A stretch of DNA of 64,000 nucleotides from Phoronis australis (lineage: Eukaryota; Animalia; Phoronida): positions 97,128 to 161,127 of the forward strand of contig NMRA01000134.1 of assembly GCA_002633005.1 (NCBI GenBank), in the 5' to 3' direction. A program made the position numbers and the translations under genes. Positions 12,358 through 26,200 of the stretch are shown here, in pieces; within the stretch, counting starts at the first letter, position 1; each line of letters begins with the position of its first letter. The notes below the pieces were generated by a model that did not search any database, was not told the origin of the DNA, and saw only the letters and a list, made by a program, of their open reading frames with translations.

Positions 12358-15300
12358 TCAGCTCTCTTCCATCAACCTGTTTAACATGTCCATGTTGTGC
12401 TTGTTATTCTCAATAAAGCCAGCCTCGCCAAGTGGTGATAGCTGTAATGGAGAAATCACAAACAACTTCTGAGAGGATCACCTTGGGCCATACACATCAT
12501 CGAGACACATAAATATGCCCTCAGTTACTCTCGGAAGGAACATATCTGTCAATTTTTGCAATGATCCTTCAAGTAGTTTGACAAATAGAGAGGCGAACTT
12601 CAAAAAACAGATTTAAAAATAATAAACATGGCCACTAGGTGGTGCAAAATATGTCAAACTGTAGGAAAATACGAAAGCCGTTGTCAATTAAAATCCATCA
12701 TGGAACATTGAAGATGCAGAGATAAACGTAAAAAATACATTGCCAATAGGGGGCACAGTAGCAGCCCAATCACTCCAAAACTTGTTGTTTTCGGTGGTCA
12801 GCTTCAAATCTCATTAAGATCCTGCAAGGGGTTTAGGACATACAGCAGTGTACGTCGGACGAACAGACATCCAGACAGAGGTGACGGCAATAAGTGGAAG
12901 CATAAAAATGTTAAAACAAAAATACGTAATTTCTGTAGTTACAACTTTTCTTTACATAATGTAAGGCTGAGCCTGTCAGAACTATATTAGTGTGGTTACC
13001 ACATGACCAGAGTGGCCATTACAGTTAGCTGTGTACACTAGTTCTGTGTGATTACATACAGTTTCGTAACAGAACAATTAAACGTGACAGAAATTACAAA
13101 TTTCACATACATATTTGAAAGTCCTTGTCCACACTGTGGAGGGTTTATCAAATAAAATCCTGGAATCATGCCAGTAGTTCAAAATGTCCTGATTACTTGT
13201 TTACTTATGTAAACATTACCAATCTCCCAAAAGTCTAACTCATTGCACTGGTTTACAAACTCAATGCAAAAAAGCCAAACTCAGGACCAAATTCAAACTC
13301 TTTAATGCAATTAGTCAACACAAGTTGTGGGGGACACTCACATAACTAAAAATCGGATTTGCACTTTAACTACTGAACACAAGAGGCACATATGTTGAAA
13401 TTTTCATTTTGCACGTTAACCAAGAAAGACCAAAAACACATTGGAAGTCAGATCCCTCTGAACAACGTGGTCACTCGTAATCATCTCTGTACAAATACAC
13501 CTCCCAAATTTAGCAAAAATCCTGCAGCAGTTTTAGATGTCCAACCACAGATGCAAAGAAAACAAAACTGTCATTAGGAGGTGCCACAGAAGTTGGCGCT
13601 GTCCTGAAATCGTCGTCAGTCATCTTCTTTCTAATAGGAACATATGCCAATTTTCACAATCATCCTAAAAATGGTTTGGCCAACAGAGAGGAGGATGTCA
13701 AAAACACTAAAATGAAAAACAACCACTACGTGGCATGCACCATGTCAAACTCATCTCAGAATGGAAAGATGTCATCCCCTCTTTAATAGAAACTTATTTG
13801 CCAAATTTCATAAAAATCCATCAAAGAATTCCAAAGATAGAGGAAAACCAAAAAAATTACCAGTAGGTGGTACAGCAGTAGTTGGGACTCCTCAGAAAGT
13901 CGTAATCACCTGTTGTCACCTTCATATAAAAACACTTGCCAAATTTGACAAAGATCCTGCTGAGGTTTTAAGAGACACAGCCATCGATACAAAGAGCCAA
14001 CCGAAAATCATCTCCAGATGTCCTCTTCCCAGTAGGAACACATATATAAATTTTCAGAATCATCTGGATGGCAAAAATCAAGACTTGAAAACAGTAAAAA
14101 TGGCCACTAGGTTGAGCAAAATATGTCAAATCCATTTGAAAACGTAAAGGTGGCATCATCTTCCTAATAGACACCTATTTGCCAAATTTCATCAAAATCT
14201 GTTGAGGAACACAAAGGCAAATGTAAACGACTGAAATTGTCACTAGGGGGACACACCTTTATCCGTATCCATCCGGAAATTTATTCATGCCCTCCTCCCT
14301 GAAAGGAACATATATTTGCAAAATTTCATGAACATACATCAAGGGGTTTTGGCGATACAGCAGCGGAAGCCAGACGGATGGACGGACGAACAGCGATGAC
14401 TGCATGTAAATATGAGGTCCACAACAAAGTAAACTAGGGAATAGATTAATAAACACATTTGAATTTGTTGGTGAACTTTCTAAGACACTAATTTACCTGG
14501 ATAATGACAAAAGGACAGAGAGGGAAAGATTGCTTACCTTAAATATGACTTTACTCCTAACCAACCCGTACGGGACTGGGCCATACGACCTGGAGTCAGT
14601 AGAATTATAGGTGTTATCCCCCTCTAGCCAGACATGGCCTCTGGGGATCTACAAATAAATTTATGTATTGTTATGAACAGTAGCTCTTTCCGTCCTCTGC
14701 CTGTAACAGGTGACACCTACCATTGTCAAAAAGCTGTGTACAAAAACAGGGCTCAACATAAGTGAGTAAACACTCTAACATACGAGTTAGTATGGTACTG
14801 AGCAGATGTTTGGCATTTTTTTTGGTCGCTCCTTCTTTATGAGCCCAAATCCAGAAATACGAGTGCAAAATATGATGTCACTCATAATTTTCAAGCGTAC
14901 ATTTTCGTGTATGTCAAGCAACACCTGGTAGTCCATTTATTGCTACTTATATATACAATCATGTAGGAGGACCCACTCCTACAAACTCACAATTCTCATT
15001 TTGTGGCAAAAGTAGTAACAGAAAATAAATAGCGAGTGCTTAAAAATAAATGCAGGCGGTCTGGTACACGTTATAACAGACATGCGCATGGCGCTCAGGT
15101 GGGCCCACTTATCACATGGAACCATTTCTTCAGCTTTAATAATACAAAGTTAAAACCTAGTTGAGGAGCTAGAGATCTGAGTGAAGGACATGGATACTTA
15201 TCCCACAAGGCCAAACTGCATCCTCTAGCACATGTTGGCTATAATCTACCGTACATACTGTTTACAATACACACAGGACATCTCCAAAGGTTTCATTTTA

Positions 15301-18300
15301 ACTCAAGACATGATTTATGACAACAAAACACACCAGTATGCTGGACAATAAAGAGCCAATCACACAAGCATTAGAGCCAAAATGCACAGACAAAAAGGTC
15401 AGAGTTGTAACTTAGATGATGTACTATGCTGTTCAAAGAGAGGCAGAGTGTAGCGGGTATGGGCTCTACTGTCAATACATTTTATATCAGAAACTGATTT
15501 CTATGGTGATGGATGAATTATCACTTTTTAAAGAAAACATTTAAAACATGTTTTACGCTATTGAGTAAAATGCTTTTCCATCTCCGTTTTAGGCAGAACA
15601 GAAAATGTGCATAAGACAGACACACAACTGTACTTTGTGTATTTTTTACGTCTGAAGAGGTGCGCTAATAAATGGTTAGAACAGCGAGCATCAGGAGCAT
15701 ATATTGATAACAAGTAAAATATTACTTGAATATCTTACCAATCAGTAGCGGGAAATGCTTGTTACACTGATTGGTGGCAGTTGATAGAGCCTTCATTTTG
15801 TGCTATGTATGCATCTTTTACAAAAAAAAACAAAAAAATAAAACGTCACTCGTCTGCCCTTTTGTGCCCTAAATTGGTGAAATTTGACCATGGCACAATG
15901 AAAGTGTCGTTAACTTTGTACATTGAGAGCCTAGAAGTTAACATAATAAGAAACCTTGCAACATACGGCAAATCATGCAAATGTCCCCAATAATTTGTAC
16001 AATTTTTAAATTGGATTCAGTTATTAGAACAAAAAAGAAAATACTAACAAACGTATACGTCTTGTAGAGTGCAGTGGGATCGTCGCATATTCTGTCCCCT
16101 TCCACACCCAAAACTCTTTTGCAGATAAAGAAGCGGGGGTTGGACGGGGACTTGGCTATCACAATGTCGCCTCTAGAAAGGAACAGTGAACAGGTGAAAG
16201 CAAACAAAACAGATAGACAAACAAACAAGCACATACTTTCAAATCAACTCTCGATTTTCTGGTTTCCAAATTAAAAATTAGATCTATGAATTTACATGGT
16301 TCAAGTTTTTTTGTGATATCTATTTTGACAATGCTTCAACCAATTATAAACTGACTTTCTGTCAAAAATGTTTACGCTGACCACTTGCTGTTATAGCAGG
16401 CAAAAACCCACTTACAGTAAAATCTCACCAATTTCAGAAAAAAATTATTGCCGAAATTGCCTTTTTCATTTTCGATCAACGTACATTTCGAATTGCCGAG
16501 TTCCTTCCATTTTTTCGGCAGATTTTTTAAATACTTCACCCAGGCTGTTCATGTGGCGGATTACATCCTATATGAAAAAGAGGCAGTTGACAATAGAAAT
16601 AGTTGAGTCATTCACAAATTACGTCACTGAACTGACAAGAACTTAAGCAGAACGATTGTGTTAATACTAACTTTTGTATTCTGTTACTAAACACACTAAT
16701 ATGATCAGTAAGAAGTATATCCCTGGACTTGATGGTTGGCTCCATGGAAGGTCCTGAACACTGCAAAGAAAAAAATTCAATAAACCCTGTGTTGCACATA
16801 TTTACCACTTGGAGGCGTTAGTGTGATAGCAGTAATCATGGACAAAATGTCTACACTAAAAATCTAACAGAACAGACATAAATGAAAACCTATTGTTATA
16901 ATGTAAACAAAATACTGAATTAAAGAATGTTGTACATTGTGACTAAATTTCAAACATAAAAAGCAAGTTCATTGCAAAATCAGTCACCTGAGCTGAGTAT
17001 CCAATCTCTGTGCCCCAAAATTCAACTTAAAAACTGCATGGCACCATGATGGCATGTTTAGAGTAAACTCTAGCAATGCGACATGATTGGTTAAGCTTTG
17101 AGTCTGAGCTTTAGTAGAGTCTTTATTTCAGAAAATAGAAGATGCTCTGCACTTACCAAAAAGCAACAGATCAATTGTAACATAGGGTGGCCACAGGGTT
17201 CTTGTTACAGCATTGTATATAGTATAGATACAAAAGATGATCATTATTTTTAAACATTCCTCAAGATGATGGAAAGCAAGTTTTTCAAAAATTGTCTGAG
17301 GAGTCCTCTAATGAAGCGATATCTGCAGAATTATTTCACAGTCATCAAGCAAGTGAATGTCTAACGATTGTAACTGTCACTACAAGTTGTAACACTAATC
17401 GTATCTGCTTGATATGAATTAATAATAGTCTTGACATCACTCTGATCATTTACAGCATCATTTATAGAAAACCTTTTTTGATCGTTTAGTGATGAGAAAT
17501 CATATAAATCATTAGAATTGTTCTAAAACCCCTCAACCCCCACACCACACGACCCACAATCCCTCGACCAACAACCCCAAAACCTACGACTCACAACCCC
17601 CTCGATCCATGACCTGTGGCAATAGATAAAATAATAATAAATTTACTGTTTCTGCACCCATTTCATCCGTGTTCTGCAGCGCTTCGTCATTTTTGAAAAC
17701 TAATGCCAAGGTCATTGCCTGGTTCCCGACTCTACTCAATTGCTGTGAATTGTGGGATTACCAGGCAGTACTGAATATCAGGTCACTAAGCGAATGCGAG
17801 GAAGAAAGGGGATAAAATGATTATGTTTCACAATGGAAAAAGTCACCAAATTTAAATTCTTGTTTTTCCCCCTCCTTTCACAAACATTGACACTACCCAT
17901 GTAACCTAAGTATTGCCTATTCATTTTGACTACCGATTTTTGCATAGCGATGAAGTTTTCCCGTTAGGATTAAGTGTGTGGCGATCAATTTGGGCAAAGA
18001 TTACGAGGGACGGGGCCAAAAAGGAGCGTGGTGGGCCACCCAGATTTTTACGCGCAGAGGAAACACTGCATGTCAAAAGCGTATGGTTAGGATCAACTAA
18101 AATTCCGTGTCTGTATCTACAACAGAAACACCAGTAATGTTCATAAATATCATGTGGTAGGCGTTAAGGCAGAAAGACCAGGATGACAAAAATATAATCA
18201 CCACTAGGGGCACAGAGATTTCTCTAAACAGTGACAAGTGCTATCCAATTTCTAGTACAAACATGCCAAGTTCAAAACTACTTCTTCAATGCAAAAAATT

Positions 18301-19332
18301 GCCACAAGGGGCCCTCTTGGAAAGCAGTGCTATCACTGAAGAGGCCATCCTCATTTTAAATATCACAGTAAATAAATAAATAAATAAAGTATTCACTTGA
18401 TCCGTCCAAAATTAAGTAAGTGCCGTTCAATACTTGATATGGGCAGACATGCAAAATGTAATGAAGCTCCATCACAGGACTCAGTAGATACTGAAGCAGA
18501 CGCAAAGAAAACTACTATTGCCACAAGGGGATGCCACAGTGGTCAAAGCCATTTAAAATCAATGTCATTTCTGGTCTCCTTAATACGAACACTTATGCCA
18601 AAAAATTTGAAGATCCACCAAGGAACTTGATAGATACTGAAGGAGGCGCAAAACAAAATAAAACTGCCACAACCAGCACTAGGGTAGACATAGACTGTCT
18701 AAAATTCAACAGCAGCCATGTTCTTCTCAATAGGACCCCATCACACTTAAAGTTCATAAACATTTCATTAAATAACTTGGTATATATTAAAGCAGAAGCA
18801 AAGAAATCTAAAATTGGCACAAGGGTTTCAAAGTAGTCAAATATGTCAAAAAATCGACATCAACCATGTTCCCAACACTAGAAACACATGCCACTCTTCA
18901 TGATGAGATTGTTGAAGTGGTTTGCTAGAAAAAGGGGACGCCACAGGCAACTGGGAGGCACAGAATAAGTCAAACCCTCCTGCTCCTGAAGCAAGGCCTG
19001 TGCTATCATATCCAATTCCATGATAAAAACCGACATAAAACCTAAATTGTCACTTGGGGCAGACATAACATAAAATTTGACATTGTCGATTTTGGTGGGG
19101 GAGATGAGGCAAACATCTAGTAGTGAGTTGACAACATACACAGATACAAATGTAGGCAATTAAAGCACTTATTTTAATAAAATGTAAGAATTATTAAATA
19201 CGTAGTAATTGATTAACTAAGCAAACCTACCAGAACAAAATCACCAACATACTCTAATGTGCAGTGTGCCATGCAGCCATACTGGACTAGATACCCAAGG
19301 GTACCGAGCACTTTGAACATCAGCTTTTTCAT
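12358..19332 (-). CDS. IMMP1L: Mitochondrial inner membrane protease subunit 1 (S26 peptidase), 169 aa
   Basis: Coding exons on the minus strand: 19332-19231, 16760-16672, 16172-16049, 14648-14538, 12441-12358 (TGA); 510 nt, phases consistent. Protein [43 protein letters not shown]../[27 protein letters not shown]../[30 protein letters not shown], with catalytic Ser (GPSM) and Lys (CKRV) motifs. Confidence 0.97.
12460..12908 (+). mobile_element. Degenerate fragment of the Helentron/DINE-1-like family (boundaries approximate)
   Basis: Shares CCACTAGGTGG-type subunits and the GGACGAACAGAC...GTGACGGCA...CATAAAAA end with 32218-33301. Confidence 0.55.
13378..14425 (+). mobile_element. Degenerate copy of the Helentron/DINE-1-like family in an IMMP1L intron (boundaries approximate)
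   Basis: Starts ACAAGAG; repeated GCCAAATTTCAT..AAAATCC and CCACTAGG subunits; ends with a CAGACGGATGGACGGACG microsatellite-like tail. Confidence 0.6.
18180..19160 (+). mobile_element. Highly degenerate copy of the same subunit-repeat family (boundaries approximate)
   Basis: Recurrent CCACTAGGGG/GCCACAAGGGG and ATGCCAA..TTT...GATCC subunits. Confidence 0.45.
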
Positions 19333-19713
19333 GGTATTAGTACAGCATTTGACATTCCTGAAAAGGAGATGATGTAGACAGAGTTAATAATTCTATGCAG
19401 TGTTATTTGGCCTCTATCATGAAGTTCTCTTTCAGTTGGACTTGTAGATCCACAATGTTTAAAGTAATATCAGCAAGAGAAATGCTAACTGGGTCTCAGA
19501 TCTAACCACCGAAGCAGAAATGAATTACCAATACCGTGTTAATGCATGATTGATACCTCTGCAGTAAAAGCATTATACGAGTACCGTAATATACCACTGC
19601 ATCTTGTATGGGGTGTTATACCACGTGGGCAATCTTTGCCTAGACAGTGTGAACCATACCCACAGGATTTCTCACCCTTGTCAATTAGCAGACATTGTAA
19701 CAGTTTTTAACTT

Positions 19714-19958
19714 CAGGGCTTAGAATGACCAATGACAAAAAAGATGAAAATTTTCCAGTTGACGTATCATTCCATAAATAAGCTTGTGTGATGGAACTAA
19801 TATGTGTTGTAAAATTTCACTGAAATAAACGTTTTTTGCATGAACAAAGAAGAAATAATTATAAAAATGGGACAAAACAAGGAAACTGGAAGTCAAATAA
19901 GAGGAAATCGAAACAAAAAAGAGGAAATCCTCTGAAAAGAGGAAAATTCCAAGCCCTG
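19714..19958. mobile_element. Small hAT-like MITE
   Basis: TIR CAGGGCTT(A/G)GAAT; flanks TAACTT and AAACTT (imperfect TSD). Confidence 0.55.
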
Positions 19959-20099
19959 AAACTTGCTACAAGGTATTATCTTATTTCAAGATATTACAGT
20001 ACAAAGTCACCAATTCGGACACAATATGACAGACTCGTAAAATTTATTTTCTCATTCTTTCATAAATTATAATTAGTACAAGAATGTTGCTTTGCCATA

Positions 20100-20338
20100 C
20101 ATGCGCGCACCCATGGGGGCTCAAATGAGCCCCCTTATTTGGCGAAGTGGGCAAAAAGGTCCGCCTCTGAGAAACAAAAAGTCCGAGAAAAAGAGACAAA
20201 AGTCCACTAAACAAGCACAAACGTGCAATTCATAGTGGTGCCCCCGTTTTTTTTAAGTAAATCCGCATTTTTGTTACCAAAAGGCCCACAACGTCAGGAA
20301 ACTGAGCCCCCCCATATTGAAGGCAAGGTGCGCGCATG
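20100..20338. mobile_element. MITE with 5-bp TSD
   Basis: TIR CATGCGCGCACC / GGTGCGCGCATG; CCATA duplicated at 20095-20099 and 20339-20343. Confidence 0.7.
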
Positions 20339-21226
20339 CCATATCCAGGTTCCCTATCATAACTACATAAAAAATTGTGAGCATTCATAGCACTGTTGAA
20401 AACTGTTGAAAAATGATAACGGCAATTTCGGTAATTATTTTTGTCCAACACTGGCAAGTTTTTACAACATACAAGTGAAGTCATAACTGACATCTTAACA
20501 AGTCGAACCTGGGTTTTGCATTCTTTGATTTATACAAGGCTCAATGAGAAAAAGGGAGTTACACTGAGCACTAGTCGAATATAGCAGCCCGGCAATGGAG
20601 CTGCAAGGTTATCAAAATCAGGAACTGAGATTTTCTGGTTTACGGCGCGCATAACTGTCGAATGAAGGCCTCTCTAAATTGCTTGCTGATAGCTAAGCAA
20701 TTGCCAACTGGCCAATTGGTTTGGATGCTGTACTCGCATGCCAGGTTCTATACCTACCAGTCGTAAACAGGTGAAATTTTTTACAATAGTGACTGCACGA
20801 AAAATGTGAGATTCACCAGTCAGCGATGCATAAGACACAAAAAGTGGATGGAAACCAGCCCTTCCACTCCCCCAAAAAGAAAAGCGGACTAACCGAGCAA
20901 GGCGCAAGTGTTCTCTTGAGGTTGAAATCCAGAACGCAACATTTCAACACCTAGAAAGGTCCTCATTTAAAAACTCTCACAACTACACCAGCACCGTAGG
21001 GTTTGATTACGGACAGTACCACCATCTCAGCTGGCCCAATTATAGGGCCAGTTGAGACAGTGATATTGTCTAGTTTGGTTATTGTGGTGAAGTATTGAAG
21101 TGTCATTTTGCTACAGACGACCGTCTTTAGCTGACCCTAGCAGAGATCAAGAAGCTTTTCTGCGAATTTATGCGTCACACTGATGAAAACATCTAAGTCA
21201 CATTGTTGCAAGTACATTTTGCACAA

Positions 21227-21547
21227 AGAGGGTCACCTTAGGGGGCCGTCAATGTCTTTAATTCTTTCCAACTCGAAAACTACTCCCGTAATCTAACTTT
21301 TTCTTCAAGCAGTCCTTCGTTCAGTTGCTCAGATTGTCAACTGGCCACTTTTAACGCTGCATATGGTCCTGGTGAGTGTGGTAAATATAGAAGCGAGCGC
21401 ATTGTAAAAATGGCCAGTTGCCGATTTGGGCAACTGAGCGGAGTTGAATGAAGGAAGGACTGCTCAAAGAAAAAGTTTGTTTACAGGAGTATTCGTTGGA
21501 GTTGGAAGGAATGAAAGACATGGATGACCTCCTCAGGCAGCCCTCTG
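21227..21547. mobile_element. Long-TIR MITE (related copy at about 42222-42479)
   Basis: About 130-bp imperfect inverted arms, AGAGGG..ATGTCTTT..TTCCAACTC..GTCCTTCGTTCA versus TGAATGAAGGAAGGAC..GAGTTGGAAGGAATGAAAGACAT..CCCTCT. Confidence 0.6.
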
Positions 21548-22086
21548 GCTCTATACTGCAAAAGGTACTTATAACAACGTAACTGATATTTTTAATCAGT
21601 GTGAGGCTTATGGTGTACGAAGCTAGAAGCTTCACTGTCTCTACAGACACAATTAGGGAGGACAGCATTTTTCAAAAATTTTAGAAAATGTGCATGTAAT
21701 ATACATCATTAGAAAGCTCTTTTCGAGACTAAAATAACGATAGTAAAATTTTTTAAATTGGACTTATGGTTCCGGAGAAAATGTCATTTTCGTGTCAAAA
21801 TTTTTGGTAAAAATTCTGTCAAATCGAATCTGCGAGTTCAAAATATTATTATTTCAAAACTNGCAACTGAGCGGAGTTGAATGAAGGAAGGACTGCTCAA
21901 AGAAAAAGTTTGTTTACAGGAGTATTCGTTGGAGTTGGAAGGAATGAAAGACATCGATGACCTCCTCAGGCAGCCCTCTGGCTCTATACTGCAAAAGGTA
22001 CTTATTACAACGTAACTGATATTTTTAATCAGTGTGAGGCTTATGGTGTACGAAGCTAGAAGCTTCACTGTCTCTACAGACACAAT
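21430..22086. repeat. Direct duplication of about 220 bp across a single-N join (probable allelic overlap)
   Basis: 21430-21653 recurs at 21863-22086, immediately after the N at 21862. Confidence 0.85.
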
Positions 22087-22550
22087 ACAGGGTCAGGGGC
22101 TAGCTAGAAAGTAGAGGAGCAAAGAGACGGTGGTCACTGTCCGACTCTGTCTTTTTCAAGACCTTGTGTTTATATGTTAAAAATACAACAATCCTGCATG
22201 ACTTAACAAGACCAAAACTTAAATCTTACAGCAAAAAGAGGTTGAAAGTAGGGCCTATGTATGCAAATCAAGTAACTCCTCAAGGAACCGTACACATTTT
22301 GTTACTCCGAAATGATGGGTTTCTGGTTCCGAGCTGTTTACCGAATAGCCAACTTTGTAGTCTGGGACCACACTTTTGATAAGTTTTTCACTTCAGGTCG
22401 AAGAATCATAAAAACTCCAAAAATCTTTAAGTCTAATGATCATAATTGATTTTTATAACCAAAGGCGCCTGAAGATTTTCACATCTTTCATTTTTAAAGC
22501 AAATTTTCAGCATAAACAATATTCTTTGACCCACTTGCAATAGACTTAAC

Positions 22551-23033
22551 CATTTCCTGTCTGACATTCCTAGCCAATCACACATACCTTAACTTCCTTT
22601 TATGGGACATGCCAACTAGCCGTCAGGGCCACGTTGACAAAATTTGATTGGGTGAATTTCGCCACGCGTACAAGAAGCCAGCAAGGCAGTGAGTTGTCAT
22701 TTTCAAGTTCATTGTCGAAGCGGTAAGTGGTGATTGTTGCAAAGCTCTTACTAGTTTTCTGTAAATGTGCTCTTGCAGCATTTTTATCGATTTTTGCAAC
22801 ACGTGTGTCGTGAAAGGAGTTTTGTGACTTGAGAGCACTGTCCCTGCCAAGTTTACGGCACGGTGCACTCGAGCGACACTGATTGACGACTTTCATTGAC
22901 AGTGAGTTGACAGTAAAGAACCTGAAAGTGAAAGTCGTTGACAACTCTGTTTCGTTAGTTTGACTGCACTCAATATCACAATGACTTAAATTTGAAATTC
23001 AGGCTATCCGTAGTGAGCCGACGATTTATCAAG
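22551..23033. promoter_or_regulatory. Putative bidirectional promoter and non-coding first exons of IMMP1L (-) and the CREC gene (+)
   Basis: The genes diverge; CpG-richer patch; CCAAT boxes at about 22574 (+) and 22647 (-); candidate donors at 22550 (-, G|GTTAAG) and 23034 (+, AAG|GTAACT). Confidence 0.45.
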
Positions 23034-23213
23034 GTAACTCCACGTCTCTAACCCCAGATTCAGGATTTAAAGCCCCATTGACTTCATAGACATTGCATGT
23101 TGCAATCACGGGCGTTGATCAGAAGCTGAGGACGCCTGTGGTTGCAATGAAGTCTTTAGTGTTGACCTGTCATTTTTCTATTCCAGTAGGCCTAACTTGG
23201 AAGTGTGGACACA

Positions 23214-26200
23214 ATGCAAATCCACGTGGCCGTGTTAATACTAGCAGTGGCAGCTACGGGACAATCCTCGGCCATACCCACTCAGGAAGACCACAAAGAT
23301 AGAGTCATCGACAAAGTATTACATTTTTCACTCCTTTCCATTTTTATGTTGGGACAGTAGTTTCCACAAATTAACTGATATAACATGGGTGGCGCAGCAC
23401 TGAAAAAGTGGGGGGTTATAGCCCCCAGACCATGGGCGGCGCAGCACCTAGTTATCATTTCTTATTATTTTCATATTTTGATGTCCACCTTTCTATTGGC
23501 CAAACCTCTTTAAGGCTAGCTATGAATATTGGTTTATGTGTTCGTACTCGGAAGATCATTTCTGACAATATTTTTTTACTTCTTTGGCAGTTCTCTTTTT
23601 TGCGTCCGCAGCTGTTTCTCTTAAAGGAAAAAAACACTATTAAGGGGTTATTGGGCTATGCGGCTTGACTTAAGGAGTTTGAATGCTCAAACTGCATTCG
23701 TGTGACTTGTGTGAGTTGGCCAAAATTTCAACTTGTATTTCCAAATTTCAGTTAATAAAATTAAATGTGACCTGGAGCTCATTATGCTGTGTCCTGCAAT
23801 CTGTCAATTTTTTATTTTATTACGTTTCTGTGTTTTTGTCAGAACAGATTTTACAACAAAGTAATAGTTTCTCATTTTGTTTCACAAAACTGTTTCTAAT
23901 ATGCCGGCAATCGTACTTGTAATGATAGTTTAATTGTAAAAATTTCCTGATCTTCCTGATTTTTGTCTTGCGTTGAAAGCGATGGTGAAATTGTTTTTTA
24001 ATTGGATTCTGTTGTGCTTTGAAAGCTTTGACATTGCCTGTTGTTGGTAATGTACATCAGTTTGAAATGAAAACACATTGTGTTGTCTTAAGGGTTTGTG
24101 CCCTTCTCATTGACTTGGCTGTACCATATTAATGTTACCACACGATACATTTAGTATTGTTATCACCACTTAACCACACTAATGTCTTGTTTGTCTGATG
24201 TGCTGGTGTGTTCATTGTTGCCACGTTTGCATATTTTATTTCATAGACGATATAAGAATAACATCTCTTTTTGAGATTAATGGTTTGACGTGTATTTGAT
24301 GATAGGAAATATGATGCCAAATTGACAATGCCAGCAACAATTTGTGTTGTTTCATTCATTAAAACTTTTGTAGACCAGTTTATGTGTTAGTAGTAAATAT
24401 TTTTGTTTTGTTTACTTACAGAGTAATATTTGTAACAGAATACTCATGTTTTCAGTGCGGGAGACTGAAATATTCTTAACTTCTCTTAAGTTGAATGAAC
24501 TTCCTTATTTTTTTCAAAATCATAAATATGATCAAGTTTTAGGTAAACAATTTTTCTGTTGTGATTCTCATCCTCATTGGGTTGAATCCTATACAGAAGG
24601 ACTGATCAGTAGGGGTGACAGTGTCAATCACCTGCACCATATGCGATTCACCTGCGCCATGAGCGATTCACCTGAGCCATGTGCGATTTTCTTTCAATTC
24701 TAATAATGCTTTTCGGCAACAACACATTCATATGTATTCACTGTTACATATGCCAATTAATGAGATGTCCTTAACCTAGTGAATCCTAAATTGCAAGTTA
24801 TCGAGTGACATGACTACAGTTTTATCAAATCCCATATGAAAGTCTGTTTTTTGCATTTTGTTCGTTTTTTGAAGAAATTGTTTCCATTTACTCGTGGAGA
24901 GTATAGAAGAGACCCTCGTAACAAGGAGCACTTTACACTCTGCCAACCAGACATTACACCTTTACACCTTTATCAAGCCCAAAATCAACTTGTATCTTGG
25001 CATGTCTGAATGAGCTTACTAGTACTCACTTATCAGCTGAAAGAACTGTCCATGTCATCTGGGTCAAAGCTCATATTAACATTGATGGTAATGAAGCTAT
25101 AATGGCTATCTTGCAAAGCAGGGAACAAGTTCACCCTGTTATGTACCAGGGCCCTACACACTAGTCTCGCATAGTTGCTTTTTGAAAGGTAAAAGTGAAA
25201 CAGTGGATGTTCAAATTACCTGCAAATACATGGAGGAAGAGCTAAACTTGCAGACAAATGAAATACTTCTCTGACTTGTTAAACCAAACAGTTCTAACAC
25301 ACTTTTATGGCTAGATAGGCTTAGCAATGGAGATGCTTCAAGTAATTACTGAGCTCTGCAACTTAGTTGGACATTAAAATATCACAGGTCTCATTAACTG
25401 CTCGAATTATTTCAGCGTGATATGTAAACGGAGACTCCTCAACACTTAAAAGAGATATGTCAGAACGCACAGGTTTAATAGTCTTTCCCATTTCATGAAA
25501 AAGACAGAGGGATGTACATGAGTTATTAACCGGTGGTCAATGCAGTGGATGCACTCAGTCATGTGACCGAAGGACACTTGGACACTGCTCAGTTTGTATC
25601 AAACCATCTGTCACTTTTTATATGTTCAATTGATTGATGCAAGTGCCTTAATAATGTCAGAGTTGGTGTTTAATTGACTCAAATTCAAAAACATTATGAT
25701 TTGGGATCCCAGTTTGAATTGTCAGATGAGGTATGTTCTGGGACGAGGTTGCGTATGTCAACCAAAACCCTTCATTTACCGGTGATACATTATTTTTGCG
25801 TGAAATCTTGAATACTTTACCTGGTGAATGTACCTGGCTTCACATAGTTGTGAAATATGAAACAATGTCTCTATTCCTTACTCTCAAATTATTACAATTT
25901 ACTGAGAAATAGCAATGTAACAGCAATTTTAGCTACTGAACCCCAGATGTTAAGTTTCCTCCAATTCAATTGGCATTGGGCATTGTAGTTCTAAAATAAC
26001 TTGGCAGTGAAAGGGTCATTTCAGAAAGCTAGCGATAACTGATGTCACTCGCCCGATAGGAGTTAGTGGGAATGGGTTTTCGATAGACCAGAGTGTTCCT
26101 AATGGGAGAGGGACATGTAACTACTTTAAATGTCTTGTTATGCTATATTACATTGTATTTTGTTTCAACAAAAATGGGTATGGCATTGCCTTTGCAACAA

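Noticed and set aside
17530-17615. C/A-rich short repeats (CGACCCACAACCC)
   Set aside because: Low-complexity tract with no consistent period or functional signal
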